Source of the DNA: an uncultured Mycoplasmatota bacterium | GTDB taxonomy: Bacteria; Bacillota_I; Bacilli_A; RF39; UBA660 | Direction: 5' to 3' | DNA: 64,000 nucleotides | Assembly: GCA_900543675.1 (NCBI GenBank) | Contig: UQRY01000001.1 | Span: forward strand, 2,002-66,001 | Shown here: positions 9,923-20,600 of the stretch, piece by piece | Layout: every line of letters begins with the position of its first letter | How positions within the stretch are numbered: the first letter of the stretch is position 1 | Translations under genes and position numbers: made by a program | Notes under the pieces: model-generated | What the model was told of the DNA's origin: nothing | The model's input: the letters and a program-made list of their open reading frames with translations, nothing else | The model's database searches: none

Positions 9923-11572
9923 CTAATTCTTAATATCCCGTTTCGTATAAATAAAGACCGTAAGAAAATAAAGAATCAAGATAAAAACCAAACTGATAAT
10001 TAAACCGAACGGTTCATAAAGCCCAGTAAGCATACAAGACTCTAAATAATACTCACTATGATATGAGACCATCCAATAATCTAAATAAGGAATTGGTGTA
10101 TAACAGAAAAACTTTAAGAACGTAAGTCCAAAATTAGAAACTAATACCCATACCCAAATCATAATCGAAAATAAAGTTAAAATAGAAGTAATACTAGCCG
10201 TTAAAGCCGTACTTAAAGTAATACTAGATAAAAATAAAATTAAGCTTAAGAAGAAACATGCTGGAATCATACCAACAATCATATTACCTAAATACCACAA
10301 GAAGTAAGGGATTTCTCTAACTTCACCACCGATAAATAAAAGCTTAGAAGTAAAGAGTTCACCAAATCCATAAGAAATTCCCACTAAAATAAATAAGATA
10401 AGTGAAGCAATTAACCACAGAATAAAAGTTTCAATGATTAAATATAAGAATTTAGAAAGTAAGATTTTTGATCTTTTAACTGGCTTAGAAAGTAACAATT
10501 TTACAGTTCCACTATCATGTTCACGTGAAGTAATACCTGTATGGGTAATCGCCACAATAAAGATCACTACCACAATTAAATGAAGTCCCTGATTCATAAA
10601 ATTCTTAGCCGTTTGATAAGAATAGAGAGATTCATAATTCGATGGATAATATAAATCATGTTTTAAATCATGCTGAATGGCATAATGAAGAATTTGTTCT
10701 TTCGCATCAAAATCTTCATTTAACGTTCGATAATACGTCTTAACATTTTTATAACTAGCCTGACTAGGAGATTGATGATATTCCTCTAAAGTTGGTGCTT
10801 CAATTTTTCGATTAATTACATCTAAATATTGTTGGGCATTAACTACACGGTAATCACTATCATCCATGATTTTTTCATCGATAATCATCTGATAGATAGC
10901 TAAAGTATCAGAATTAATCTCTGTATCAAAAACAGTAGCATAATACAAATTCGTCTGATAAATAGCTTCAATATAAAGATAATAAGCATTCTCTTCTAAT
11001 GCCCTAGTCACTAAATCAACATACTCATGATAATATGTAAAATCACGAGAAAATTCGGTTGGTGACAAAGAAACCGCTTCTTTCAACTGATTCGTATAAC
11101 TAGCTACTGTACCATAATACAGTTCATAATGAGCATTTTCTGAAGGTAAAGAAGAAACTTCTTCTAAAAAAGAAGGATCATCTTGATAAGCTTGTACCTG
11201 TTCTAAAATAACCAAACGAGTAAGAGCCGAACTTAAATTAAATAAAGCATCCTGTTGCCAACAAGATTCAGTACTACCATTTCCCAGTAACTGAATCGTA
11301 TCTTGGTAAGGCTTTTCTAACCTAGAAAAAACTTCTGCTACTCCAATATTCACCAAATTAGTCTCTTCTTCTAATGTTTTATTTGCTCTCTGATAAGCTT
11401 CATCAAATTCTTCGATATAAATAGGTGAAATATAAGAACGATTAGAACCAAAGAACGATTCCATTTTTATCAAGCTAAAACAAGATAAGATCAAAACAAG
11501 AAAAATAACAATCGTTTTTTTCCAAGAAAAATGTTTAATAAATTCACAACGAATTAATCGTAATAACTGCAT
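9923..11572 (-). CDS. ABC-2 family transporter permease with large extracytoplasmic loop
   Basis: N-terminal TM, ~330-aa loop, then 5 TM segments with the ABC-2 signature EHDSGTVKLLLSKPVKRSKILLSKF. ATG at 11572 overlaps the stop of the upstream ABC ATPase gene. Confidence 0.55.
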   Translation of the reverse strand: MQLLRLIRCEFIKHFSWKKTIVIFLVLILSCFSLIKMESFFGSNRSYISPIYIEEFDEAYQRANKTLEEETNLVNIGVAEVFSRLEKPYQDTIQLLGNGSTESCWQQDALFNLSSALTRLVILEQVQAYQDDPSFLEEVSSLPSENAHYELYYGTVASYTNQLKEAVSLSPTEFSRDFTYYHEYVDLVTRALEENAYYLYIEAIYQTNLYYATVFDTEINSDTLAIYQMIIDEKIMDDSDYRVVNAQQYLDVINRKIEAPTLEEYHQSPSQASYKNVKTYYRTLNEDFDAKEQILHYAIQHDLKHDLYYPSNYESLYSYQTAKNFMNQGLHLIVVVIFIVAITHTGITSREHDSGTVKLLLSKPVKRSKILLSKFLYLIIETFILWLIASLILFILVGISYGFGELFTSKLLFIGGEVREIPYFLWYLGNMIVGMIPACFFLSLILFLSSITLSTALTASITSILTLFSIMIWVWVLVSNFGLTFLKFFCYTPIPYLDYWMVSYHSEYYLESCMLTGLYEPFGLIISLVFILILYFLTVFIYTKRDIKN

Positions 11573-11573
11573 C

Positions 11574-12295
11574 TTACTCACCATCCTGCTTAAGTGTCTT
11601 AGTCAAAAATTCATCTTCTAAACTAATGTTCTTATCTTTGATTTCCGATACCGCAATACTTTCAACGATTTTTCCTTCTTGAATCAAAATCACTCGATCA
11701 CAGACATTTTCTATTTCCGATAAAATATGACTGGAAATAAAAATCGTCATCTTGTATTCTTGGTTAATCCGTTTTAGTATTTCCCTAAGTTCTTTAATAC
11801 CTAAAGGATCTAACCATTCGTCGGTTCATCCAAAATAAGTAACTTAGGATGATTGAGTAAAGCCTGTGCCAATCCTAGTCGTTGTTTCATCCCTAATGAA
11901 TAAGTTTTTACTTTATGATGAATGGCATCCTCTAAATGAACTAAATTTACTAATACTTCTAAATTCTTAGGATGAGAAATTCCATTCATTAACGCACAAA
12001 TTTCAAGATTTTTCCACCCAGAAATATTCTGATACATATCTGGATTTTCTACAATACATCCAACATTTCTTAATGCTTTTTCAAAATCTTTTTTTACATC
12101 ATAATCACAAATACGAATACTGCCACCATCTAGATGATATAGTCCTAACACTGACTTAATAAAAGTAGATTTTCCTGCTCCATTCGGACCAACAAATCCT
12201 ACAATTTCTCCTTCTTCTAAAGTAATATCGATACCATGTAATACTTCTTTACGACGAAATTTCTTTCTAACTTCTACCGCTTCTAATACTTTCAT
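11574..12295 (-). pseudogene. ABC transporter ATP-binding protein interrupted by a 1-nt frameshift after Walker B
   Basis: Frame 1 encodes Walker A GPNGAGKST, signature LSGGMKQRL and LILDEPTNG, then stops. The +1 frame continues LDPLGIKELREILKRINQEYKMTIFISSHILSEIENVCDRVILIQEGKIV...DGE* (H-loop SSH). One T appears missing in GGT(T)TAGAT at ~11810. Confidence 0.5.
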
Positions 12296-12377
12296 AACCT
12301 TATTCTCCTACTATAAGATCATTATATCAGAAAAAAAGAAAGGTTAATACCTTTTTATCACCAATCATCTAAATATC

Positions 12378-13427
12378 TTAATTAAATAAATTTTCACTCA
12401 ATATCCTTTCTACCTCATTAATTAATTCCTCTCGATTAGGGATGTAATATGTGTAAGTAGAAGCAAACACTTTATTGGATAATCCTCCTAAAACATATTC
12501 CATAGTGACATCTTTCTTACCCGCACACAAAATAATTCCAATTGTCTCTTGATCAAATTCATCTTTTACTTCACTATTATAATAATTAATATACATATTC
12601 ATTTGACCAACATATTCTGGCTTCATTTTTTCAGTTTTCAAATCGATCAAGACATAAGATCTCAAAACTTTATTATAAAATACTAAATCAACATAATAGT
12701 GAGTATTATCATCTAAAGTAATTCTCATTTGATGACCAACATACATAAAGCCTTTCCCTAACTCTAATAGAAATGAAGATAAATGATGAATTAAATTCTT
12801 TTCTAATTCACTCTCTCGAACAGGCTTTTCTTCTTTAATTCCTAAAAATTCAAATACATAAGGTTCTTTCAATATATCCGTAGGACTACTGATCTCATTA
12901 CCTTTTTTCGATAATTCATAAACTTTCTCGATATTTTTCTTACCATTAGACAATAATAATCTTTGAAACAATAAAGAATCTATCTGCCTTTTTAACTCTC
13001 TTTTTGACCATCCAGAATTAATACATTCTTTTTCATAAAAGCTTCTTTCTCTATCATCTTCAATATAAATCAAATAGCAATAATGGGACCAACTCAAATT
13101 TCCAGCCAGTGGTTGGAAATTCTTATACCGAATATAAAATAGCCTCATATTATATAACCCTGACAAACTAAATCCTGTCCCATATTTATTCGTTAACCTC
13201 TTAGATAAATTTTTTAATACATCTTTACCGTATTCTGCACGAATATTACCATTTTGTTCATTTTCTACAATAATTTTACCAATAGTAAAATACGTATTCA
13301 CTAAAGTATGATTAATTTGATAAGTCATCTTAGTTTTATTTTCTACAATAATTTTTTCAATCTGATTAAATAATCCATCTACAATCTTTTCATCAATCAT
13401 TGGTTTTTCTGTTTTATTAGTATTCAT
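12378..13427 (-). CDS. YhcG-like DUF1016 protein with C-terminal PD-(D/E)XK nuclease domain
   Basis: 349 aa; C-terminal core ...YVDLVFYNKVLRSYVLIDLKTEK (D...IDLK = PD-(D/E)XK motif); N-domain typical of the YhcG family. Confidence 0.7.
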   Translation of the reverse strand: MNTNKTEKPMIDEKIVDGLFNQIEKIIVENKTKMTYQINHTLVNTYFTIGKIIVENEQNGNIRAEYGKDVLKNLSKRLTNKYGTGFSLSGLYNMRLFYIRYKNFQPLAGNLSWSHYCYLIYIEDDRERSFYEKECINSGWSKRELKRQIDSLLFQRLLLSNGKKNIEKVYELSKKGNEISSPTDILKEPYVFEFLGIKEEKPVRESELEKNLIHHLSSFLLELGKGFMYVGHQMRITLDDNTHYYVDLVFYNKVLRSYVLIDLKTEKMKPEYVGQMNMYINYYNSEVKDEFDQETIGIILCAGKKDVTMEYVLGGLSNKVFASTYTYYIPNREELINEVERILSENLFN

Positions 13428-13546
13428 ATAATTTCCTCCTATAATTTAGTTATTAGTATTGTAGTAAGAAAAACAATAAATGTCTTCCAAATTACAAAAT
13501 TTTCTATTCAACAATATAGCTTATTTAAAATCCAACATCTAACACA

Positions 13547-14551
13547 CTATTGACTTAATTCAAAATTTTTCTTTTCTTCCTCAACAGCAGCGATCAATTC
13601 TTGTTCAGTGGGTAAATGTAGTTGATAAGTAGTAGAAAAAATATTTTTGTTATCTTCTGGAAGTGTATATTTGACAACAGTTTCATTTTTAGTTGTGGAT
13701 AGTAATATTCCCACAGTTGAATTCTCCTCTTCCTGTTTAATTTCTCTATCATAATAATGAACATACATTTGCATTTGTCCAATATCTTGATGAGTTACTT
13801 TTCCTATTTTTAAATCTATAATAACAAAGCATTTTAATAATCGATTATAGAAAACTAAATCTGGATAAAAATGATCTTCCTCTAAAGTTAACCTTACCTG
13901 ATTACCAACATAAGTAAATCCTTTACCAAGTTCCAATAAAAACTCTTTTAAATGTTCTAATATATTCTTTTCTAAATCACTTTCTAAATACCGTGTATTT
14001 TCTTTGATATCAAAAAATTCTAATACAAATGGATCTTTTACTAGATCTTTACTATTCCTTAACACTTGTCCCTTTTCAGACAACTCTAGTATTTTTTTCT
14101 TATCAGCAGATAATAACAATCTTTCATACAACAATGAATCTCTTTGCCTTTGAAGTTCCCTCACACTCCATCTTGAATTTATACATTCGTGCATATAAAA
14201 TTTTCTTTTTGGCTCTTCCTCTATTTTTAGTAACTCTAAATAATGTGACCAACTTAATTACGACGACAGTGTTGTCGTAATTGGAAAATAGATATAAAAC
14301 TTTCTCATCCTCTCTAAATTTCTTTTAGAAAATCCTTTACCAAATTCAGCAGTTAATTTTTCTGACAATTTTTCTAAAACATAATCCCCGTAATTTGCTC
14401 TCTCATCCCCTTGTTGAATATCCATAATTGCTTTACCAATATTCCAATATAAATTAAGCATTTCCGTATTCACAACAGAATAAACTTTATTTCTACTACT
14501 AATAACTAATTCTTTAATATTATCAAATATATGATTAATTTGATTATCCAT
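13547..14551 (-). pseudogene. Second YhcG-like nuclease copy (tandem paralog) interrupted by an in-frame TAA
   Basis: The N-part (14258..14551) and C-part (13547..14194) are in the same frame: read-through gives ...FYIYFPITTTLSS*LSWSHYLELLKIEEEPKRKFYMHECINS..., colinear with copy 1 (...FYIRYKNFQPLAGNLSWSHYCYL...). The 5' flank (14570-14660) repeats the 5' flank of copy 1 (13440-13530). Confidence 0.55.
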
Positions 14552-14663
14552 TTTTACCTCCCTTTACTACTCTTAATTTCTTTTCATAGTCATTAGTATT
14601 ATAGTAAGTAAACACAGGAAAGTCTTCACAATTACAAAATTTTCTATTCAAAAAAAATACGAC

Positions 14664-17600
14664 TTATTTAGCCGCATTTTCTTTTTGTCTATAAGTAAGT
14701 AATAAAACGAATAAACCACCAATCAATGTACAAATACCAATAAAGATATACAATCCATTTACTTTAGTTCCTACCACCTTTCCAGGTAAGGAAGTATGAT
14801 AATAAGAATATAAAGCATAGTCTTGATAAATATTATCATTGATTGATTTATTGTAATCAACAGCTATCGTTTCTACTTTGCTTGACCCATTTAAATAACC
14901 TGATGCTTCATAAATATCATATGTCTTCTTGACTGGATCGTAGACTTCTACATATTCATAAGTGTCTTTTTCTTTAGAATCAATTACCTGTTCCAAAGAT
15001 TTTTCTTCTAACTTCGTAACTAGTTTTTGTGTTTCTTGATAAGCACTTTGATAACTTTCATCGAAAGTGTCTTGGTAAGTACTTCTTACTCGATCAGTAA
15101 AGTAATCGATAATAGTAACTTCTTTATCTATCGTAGAGATGATTCTTACTCCAGTTCGATAATCAAAGCCATAAATACTTCCATCTTCATATCTAACTAA
15201 GACAAAGCTACTATTTCCTAGAATATTACTACTCATTTCAACAATTTCTTTATTCTTGAAATCATTAGGATATTTGATCTCACTCTTTAAGGAATATAAC
15301 TTTCCATCCGAGCCTAAGACGAATAAGTAATCTTTATTATTATAAGAATCGATAATTAATTGATCCCCATAATACATCAAGTCAGACTTAAGCATAGTTA
15401 CTTTTCCATTTTTGATAAAGACTTGATTGTCAACTTCTTTTTCCTGATCAATTAAACTATAACTATAATACGTATCTATCTTCTGATTTTGATAAGTAAA
15501 ATTATAAAGCGGAATATTGTTTTGTCTACGAGAAAGATTGGTAATATTATTCTCTTGATAAACACCTGACTCTAGATCAAGAACCCTACCATCACTAGTT
15601 AAAGCATAGTGATCATATAGGTGGATGAAAGTATCATTATATTCTTTACTCTCATTAGTAATTAATTTTCCATCAGATAAATAGTAATAGTGATTTCCGA
15701 TAGTAAGTATTGTCTTCTTCACATCATCTGGAGTAAAGATATATTCCTTAGCATTTAATCCATCCGTGACTACTATTCTTAAATCTGTTTGATAATCATA
15801 ATAGAAAGTCATTGTCTTATCGGTTAATGAATATGGCGTATCGTTAACATAAACAGTTACATATTCATTTAATTCACTAAACTCTAAATTAACCGTATTA
15901 ATTCCTGATGAATAAGCAATTACTTGAGGTAGACTTCTCATATAATTCATCTGATAAGCAAGAGACATCGTGGATAGCTGAAAAGTAGAAGTTGGAAGTG
16001 GGATTAGCTCTTGACCTGGCGTATTTCTAAGAATTGGATAATAGCCAGTCGAAAGTGGCGAGAAATCAAATTCATTAGATGAAAATCCACGATTGGTATA
16101 AGTAATTTGCGTAGCCAAATCAGAAGCCGTTCCATAATTTTTTTCTTCAATACCAATAATATCTAAATCAGATACGATTTCTCCATTTAACTGAGAATTT
16201 TCATAAATCAAAGTATCTCTCATCGTAGTTGTCAATGCATCCCCATTTCCAACTACAATTCCAGCAGTAGATGGATCATTTACTGCCTCAACATTAGCGA
16301 CAATGATATTATTATAAATCTGATTAGCTGTTTTCATCGCATCGACTTGACCAACTAAACCACCAGCATTATAACTAGCTGAAATAGAGGAATTTTCTAT
16401 TAGGTTAGAATAAATGTAATGTAAACCTGAACCTGCCGTATCGATGTAATTATTTTGGTAATAGCCTAAAATACCACCTGCTCCACTACCAGATGCATTG
16501 ATCGTTGCTTGAATAGTATTATCTCTAAATGTTCTACCTGCATTTACACCATCAGTCATTCCAATAAGGCCACCTACATAATTATTACCAGAAATCACGC
16601 AATCTTGAATACTGTTTAAGTATATACTGCTAGCTTCCCCTCCTGTTATACCTCCTGTATAATTGCCAGGATTAACAATATTACTATGGTATATACCAGA
16701 ATTAAATACATTCCCACCTCCAATTCCTAAAAATCCACCAACATAAGTAGAGGTTGAATTTTTTCCAGAAATTTCAGAGTTTATTATATAACTATAACTA
16801 ATTGAACGATATCCATTTCCATAAATTCCACCCACATACTGATTACCTGATACTTGGGAATTTTCAATAATTACTTGTGAAATATCATATGCGCTATTAT
16901 AACCCGCTATACCACCGACTTGACTATATCCATCTACACTAGAATTTTTTATTGTTGAATTCGAGCATCCACCAGAACCATATAGAATACCATGAAAAGT
17001 ACCACCAGTTGATGTAACATGAACATCATCAGCATCAATATAAAAATGTTTAGCTTGAGTAGAGGTAATATTAGCAATATTTCCAACTAAGCCAGCTACA
17101 TTATTTGAACTACCTTTAACATTTACCGTTTTTAAAATAATATTTTTAACATCTGCTTCAGTCATTTGACCAACAAATCCTGCCGCTTGATTATTACCAC
17201 TTACTGTAACGTTATTCAAACGAATATTTTCAATTGATGTACTATAACTCTGAGATATACTTCCAACATAAGCCATTTTTGGAGCATTCACAATAATATT
17301 TTGAAAAGTCAAACCCTGCATGGTACCATAAGTATATTGAATAACAGCTGCATAGTTACCTGAAGCAGTAGAAGAAATATTAATATTATCAAAAATAACA
17401 TTAGAAATACTAGTATCAATTTGTTTAATCAAAGAAAGATTATTTTTAGTAGAAACAATTTCTAAATTCTTTAAGGTGTGTCCATTATCCGTTCCTTCTA
17501 AACGATTAAAAACTACTCCAGTATTTACATTAACCTTATCACTAAAATCAATATCTGCTATCAACCTATAATTTTCTGGATCTGTTGTACTAATCTTTTG

Positions 17601-20600
17601 CCAATCTTCAAAGGACTCTATGTCTTTATAGAATTGTAAATCAATCTTTACAGCAATATTATACGTCTGTTCTACTCCATCCTTTTGATAGACAATTTCT
17701 TGTAGTTCGTAACTATCATAAGCCTTGTCTGGTTTCACACTTAATTCTAAAGTTGTTACCCCATTCTCAGTGACATTCTTTCTGATTTCGGTTACTGTTA
17801 AACCATCAATTTTGGCATTGTTAACTGGAAGATTATCTTCATTTTGAAGACGAAGTAGTATATAAGCACTATCAATAGAAGGAAATACTTCTATTTCTGT
17901 TACTTCAAATTCATACTCAGTTAAATAATTCTTCGTTTGGTTAGGTAACAACTCCGCTGTATCTTTATAATAAAGGTATGGTAATTGATTTTCTTCTAAA
18001 TTATCTATTTTAAAAGCACTCCCTAATTGAATAAAGTTTTGATAGGTGAAAGGATCATTTAACTGTTCAGTAGTAAGTAAAGTTTCACCATTTGTTTGAC
18101 TGGTAATTAAACCGTTCATATGCTGATTATTCCAAGCATAATTATTTTGATTGACATTCATATTTCCTACTGTTCTTCGAACATTTTCACTACTAGATTT
18201 TGAATAAACATCACCTAAAACCAAAGTATTAGTTACTTGAGAAGAACTATAATTAATTAAATTACCGATTATTCCGCCAACATTTCCTTGAGTAGTATGG
18301 ATATTAACATTACTATAAACATTGGTTAAATTAATTGAACCAGGAACGTATCCTACTATTCCACCTACATTTTGACTATTTGCTTTTATTGTTCCGGTAG
18401 CATAAACATTTTGAATTGTTGCATAACTTGCCCAGCCAACTACGCCACCTATACCAGTTATAGAAGAAAATTCAGTTTCTAAATTTAAATCTTGTACATA
18501 ACAATTTTCAATTCTAGCATTATCTAAAGAGCCAACGATTCCTCCAATTCTTATATTTACTGCTGGTGTTAAACTATTATGTAATTTTACATTTGTAACT
18601 GAACAATTAATTATTTGTGTATTAAACGAAGCCGAACCTATAATACCACCCACATTAAGTGTAAGAGGAAGTTCGATATCTGAAACATGTACATTTTCGA
18701 TAACTGCCGGATTCGACTGAGTTGTATAGCCAATTAATCCATCATTGTCTAAATCATGTACTTCCGTTTTAAAAGCATGTTTTACATATAAGTTTTTTAC
18801 CGTACCCCGCAATTGACTAATAATTATTCCATTTCTAGTAGTCGTAGTAAGATTAGAAATTGTATGATTATTTCCATCTAGTACTCCGGAAAAATTTCCT
18901 AAATTTGGATTAATTCTATTTTGAAAATCTAAATCAGCAGTTAACATATAATTCTCACTTAAACTATTCTTGATATCTAACCATTCATCGACCGTGGATA
19001 CTTCTTTAAATAATTCGATTTGAAGTACTCTTTCGCCTTCTTCAAATTCTCTAGTATACGGTAAATTAAAACTATTTCTGGAAGTAATCGATTTAATAAA
19101 ATATTGTGATACATATCGAACGGGATTACTTACTTCAATAACTAAGGCAGTTGTTCCATTATTATCTTGTTGACTAATAATTGTTGTTGTTAAATCCTTT
19201 ATAGAAATATCTGTAATCTTTTCATTAGCAGGATTATGAACCGTTAAGGTTACTTTAGCTTTACTTCCTTGTTGATCTACCTTATCTACGGAAATAATAT
19301 CTACTAAATCTTCATCTTTTAATTCCGGTAAAGGAATATACTCTTGAGTTGGCATATCTTCATTCATAATTAACTGTGGATAATAACCATAAGATACAAA
19401 ATCATCAACATTAAATTGATTGGTACTACTATTTAATAAACGATCTTGGAAAGTGGTATTCCATAAAGCAGTTTTTGAAGTTTTCAAAGAATGAGACGTA
19501 TTATAGATAGAATTATTAATATAAAATGAATTTTGTGATTGAGCATTATTTATAATACCTAAATTAGGATCTGTATTTAAATCCCGATTTTCACCTTCTG
19601 CCACACTATATACATTTCTAACTGTACTTCGCTCGGAATATCCTATTAAATTTCCTACTCGATCATTAGAATCAGATTCCTCTAACAAATAGGCATCAAC
19701 ATCAATCAGTGAATATATATTTTCTAATACCGTATTTGAAGACGAAATTCCTATAACTGCCCCTACTCTTTGTTGATAACTAGAAATATTTTGATATGAA
19801 GCGATGATCTTTTCGCCGTACAAGTAACCATTTCGAATAGTTCCACGATTACTAGCTCTTGCAATAAATCCAAACTCGTGCGAAACATGAACATTATCCA
19901 TAATATGCACAATAAAATTTTCAATTATTCCATTATTATTACCACATAATAGAGAAAATTGATTAACTGGTGTTTCTGTTGCTTCTTCTAAGGTGATTTT
20001 TATATTTGAAATAATTCCATAATTCGAATACATTATACCATTATAGTACGTGGTATCAGAGCCTATCATATAAACATGTAAATCAAAATTTAATAATTTC
20101 CCTTCCGGTCCTAAGCCTGGATAAATCAATTGATCAAACTTATTTTCCATTAATAATTGATGTCCTTGAAAATCTAACGTAATATTAAATTGTTCTTCTC
20201 CTAAACTAGTATTTAAAGTTCTACTATCATTACGAATATCTAAATCTTCAACTACTAAATAAGTTCCATGTGTATGCATTCTAAAGAAATCATCTGGATT
20301 ATGAATACTTCTTATTTCTTCATTAGAATTAAACTCTAAACTATCCAAAGTATAAAAACGATCTCTGATTTTTATAGCTAATTCTATTCTATATTCTTTG
20401 TTTCTAGATAATTCTTTTAATATTTCAAAGTCCTCTATTTGATGATTTTCTAAATCATATTTGGTGTCACTAATCTTTTGATCGTTCTCATATAATCGAA
20501 TATAAAAATCGTTGGTAACTATTTCTTGTTTTGTATCTATTAAATTCACTTGAAAAGTAGCTTGATAATCTTCTTTCTCTGAATATTTCTGATAGTCAGT

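Noticed and set aside
14700-14800. SLPGK sequence before the C-terminal TM of the giant protein considered as a sortase sorting signal
   Set aside because: It is not LPxTG, or a known variant with Thr/Gly at the right positions. The C-terminal TM plus basic tail is better treated as a plain membrane anchor.
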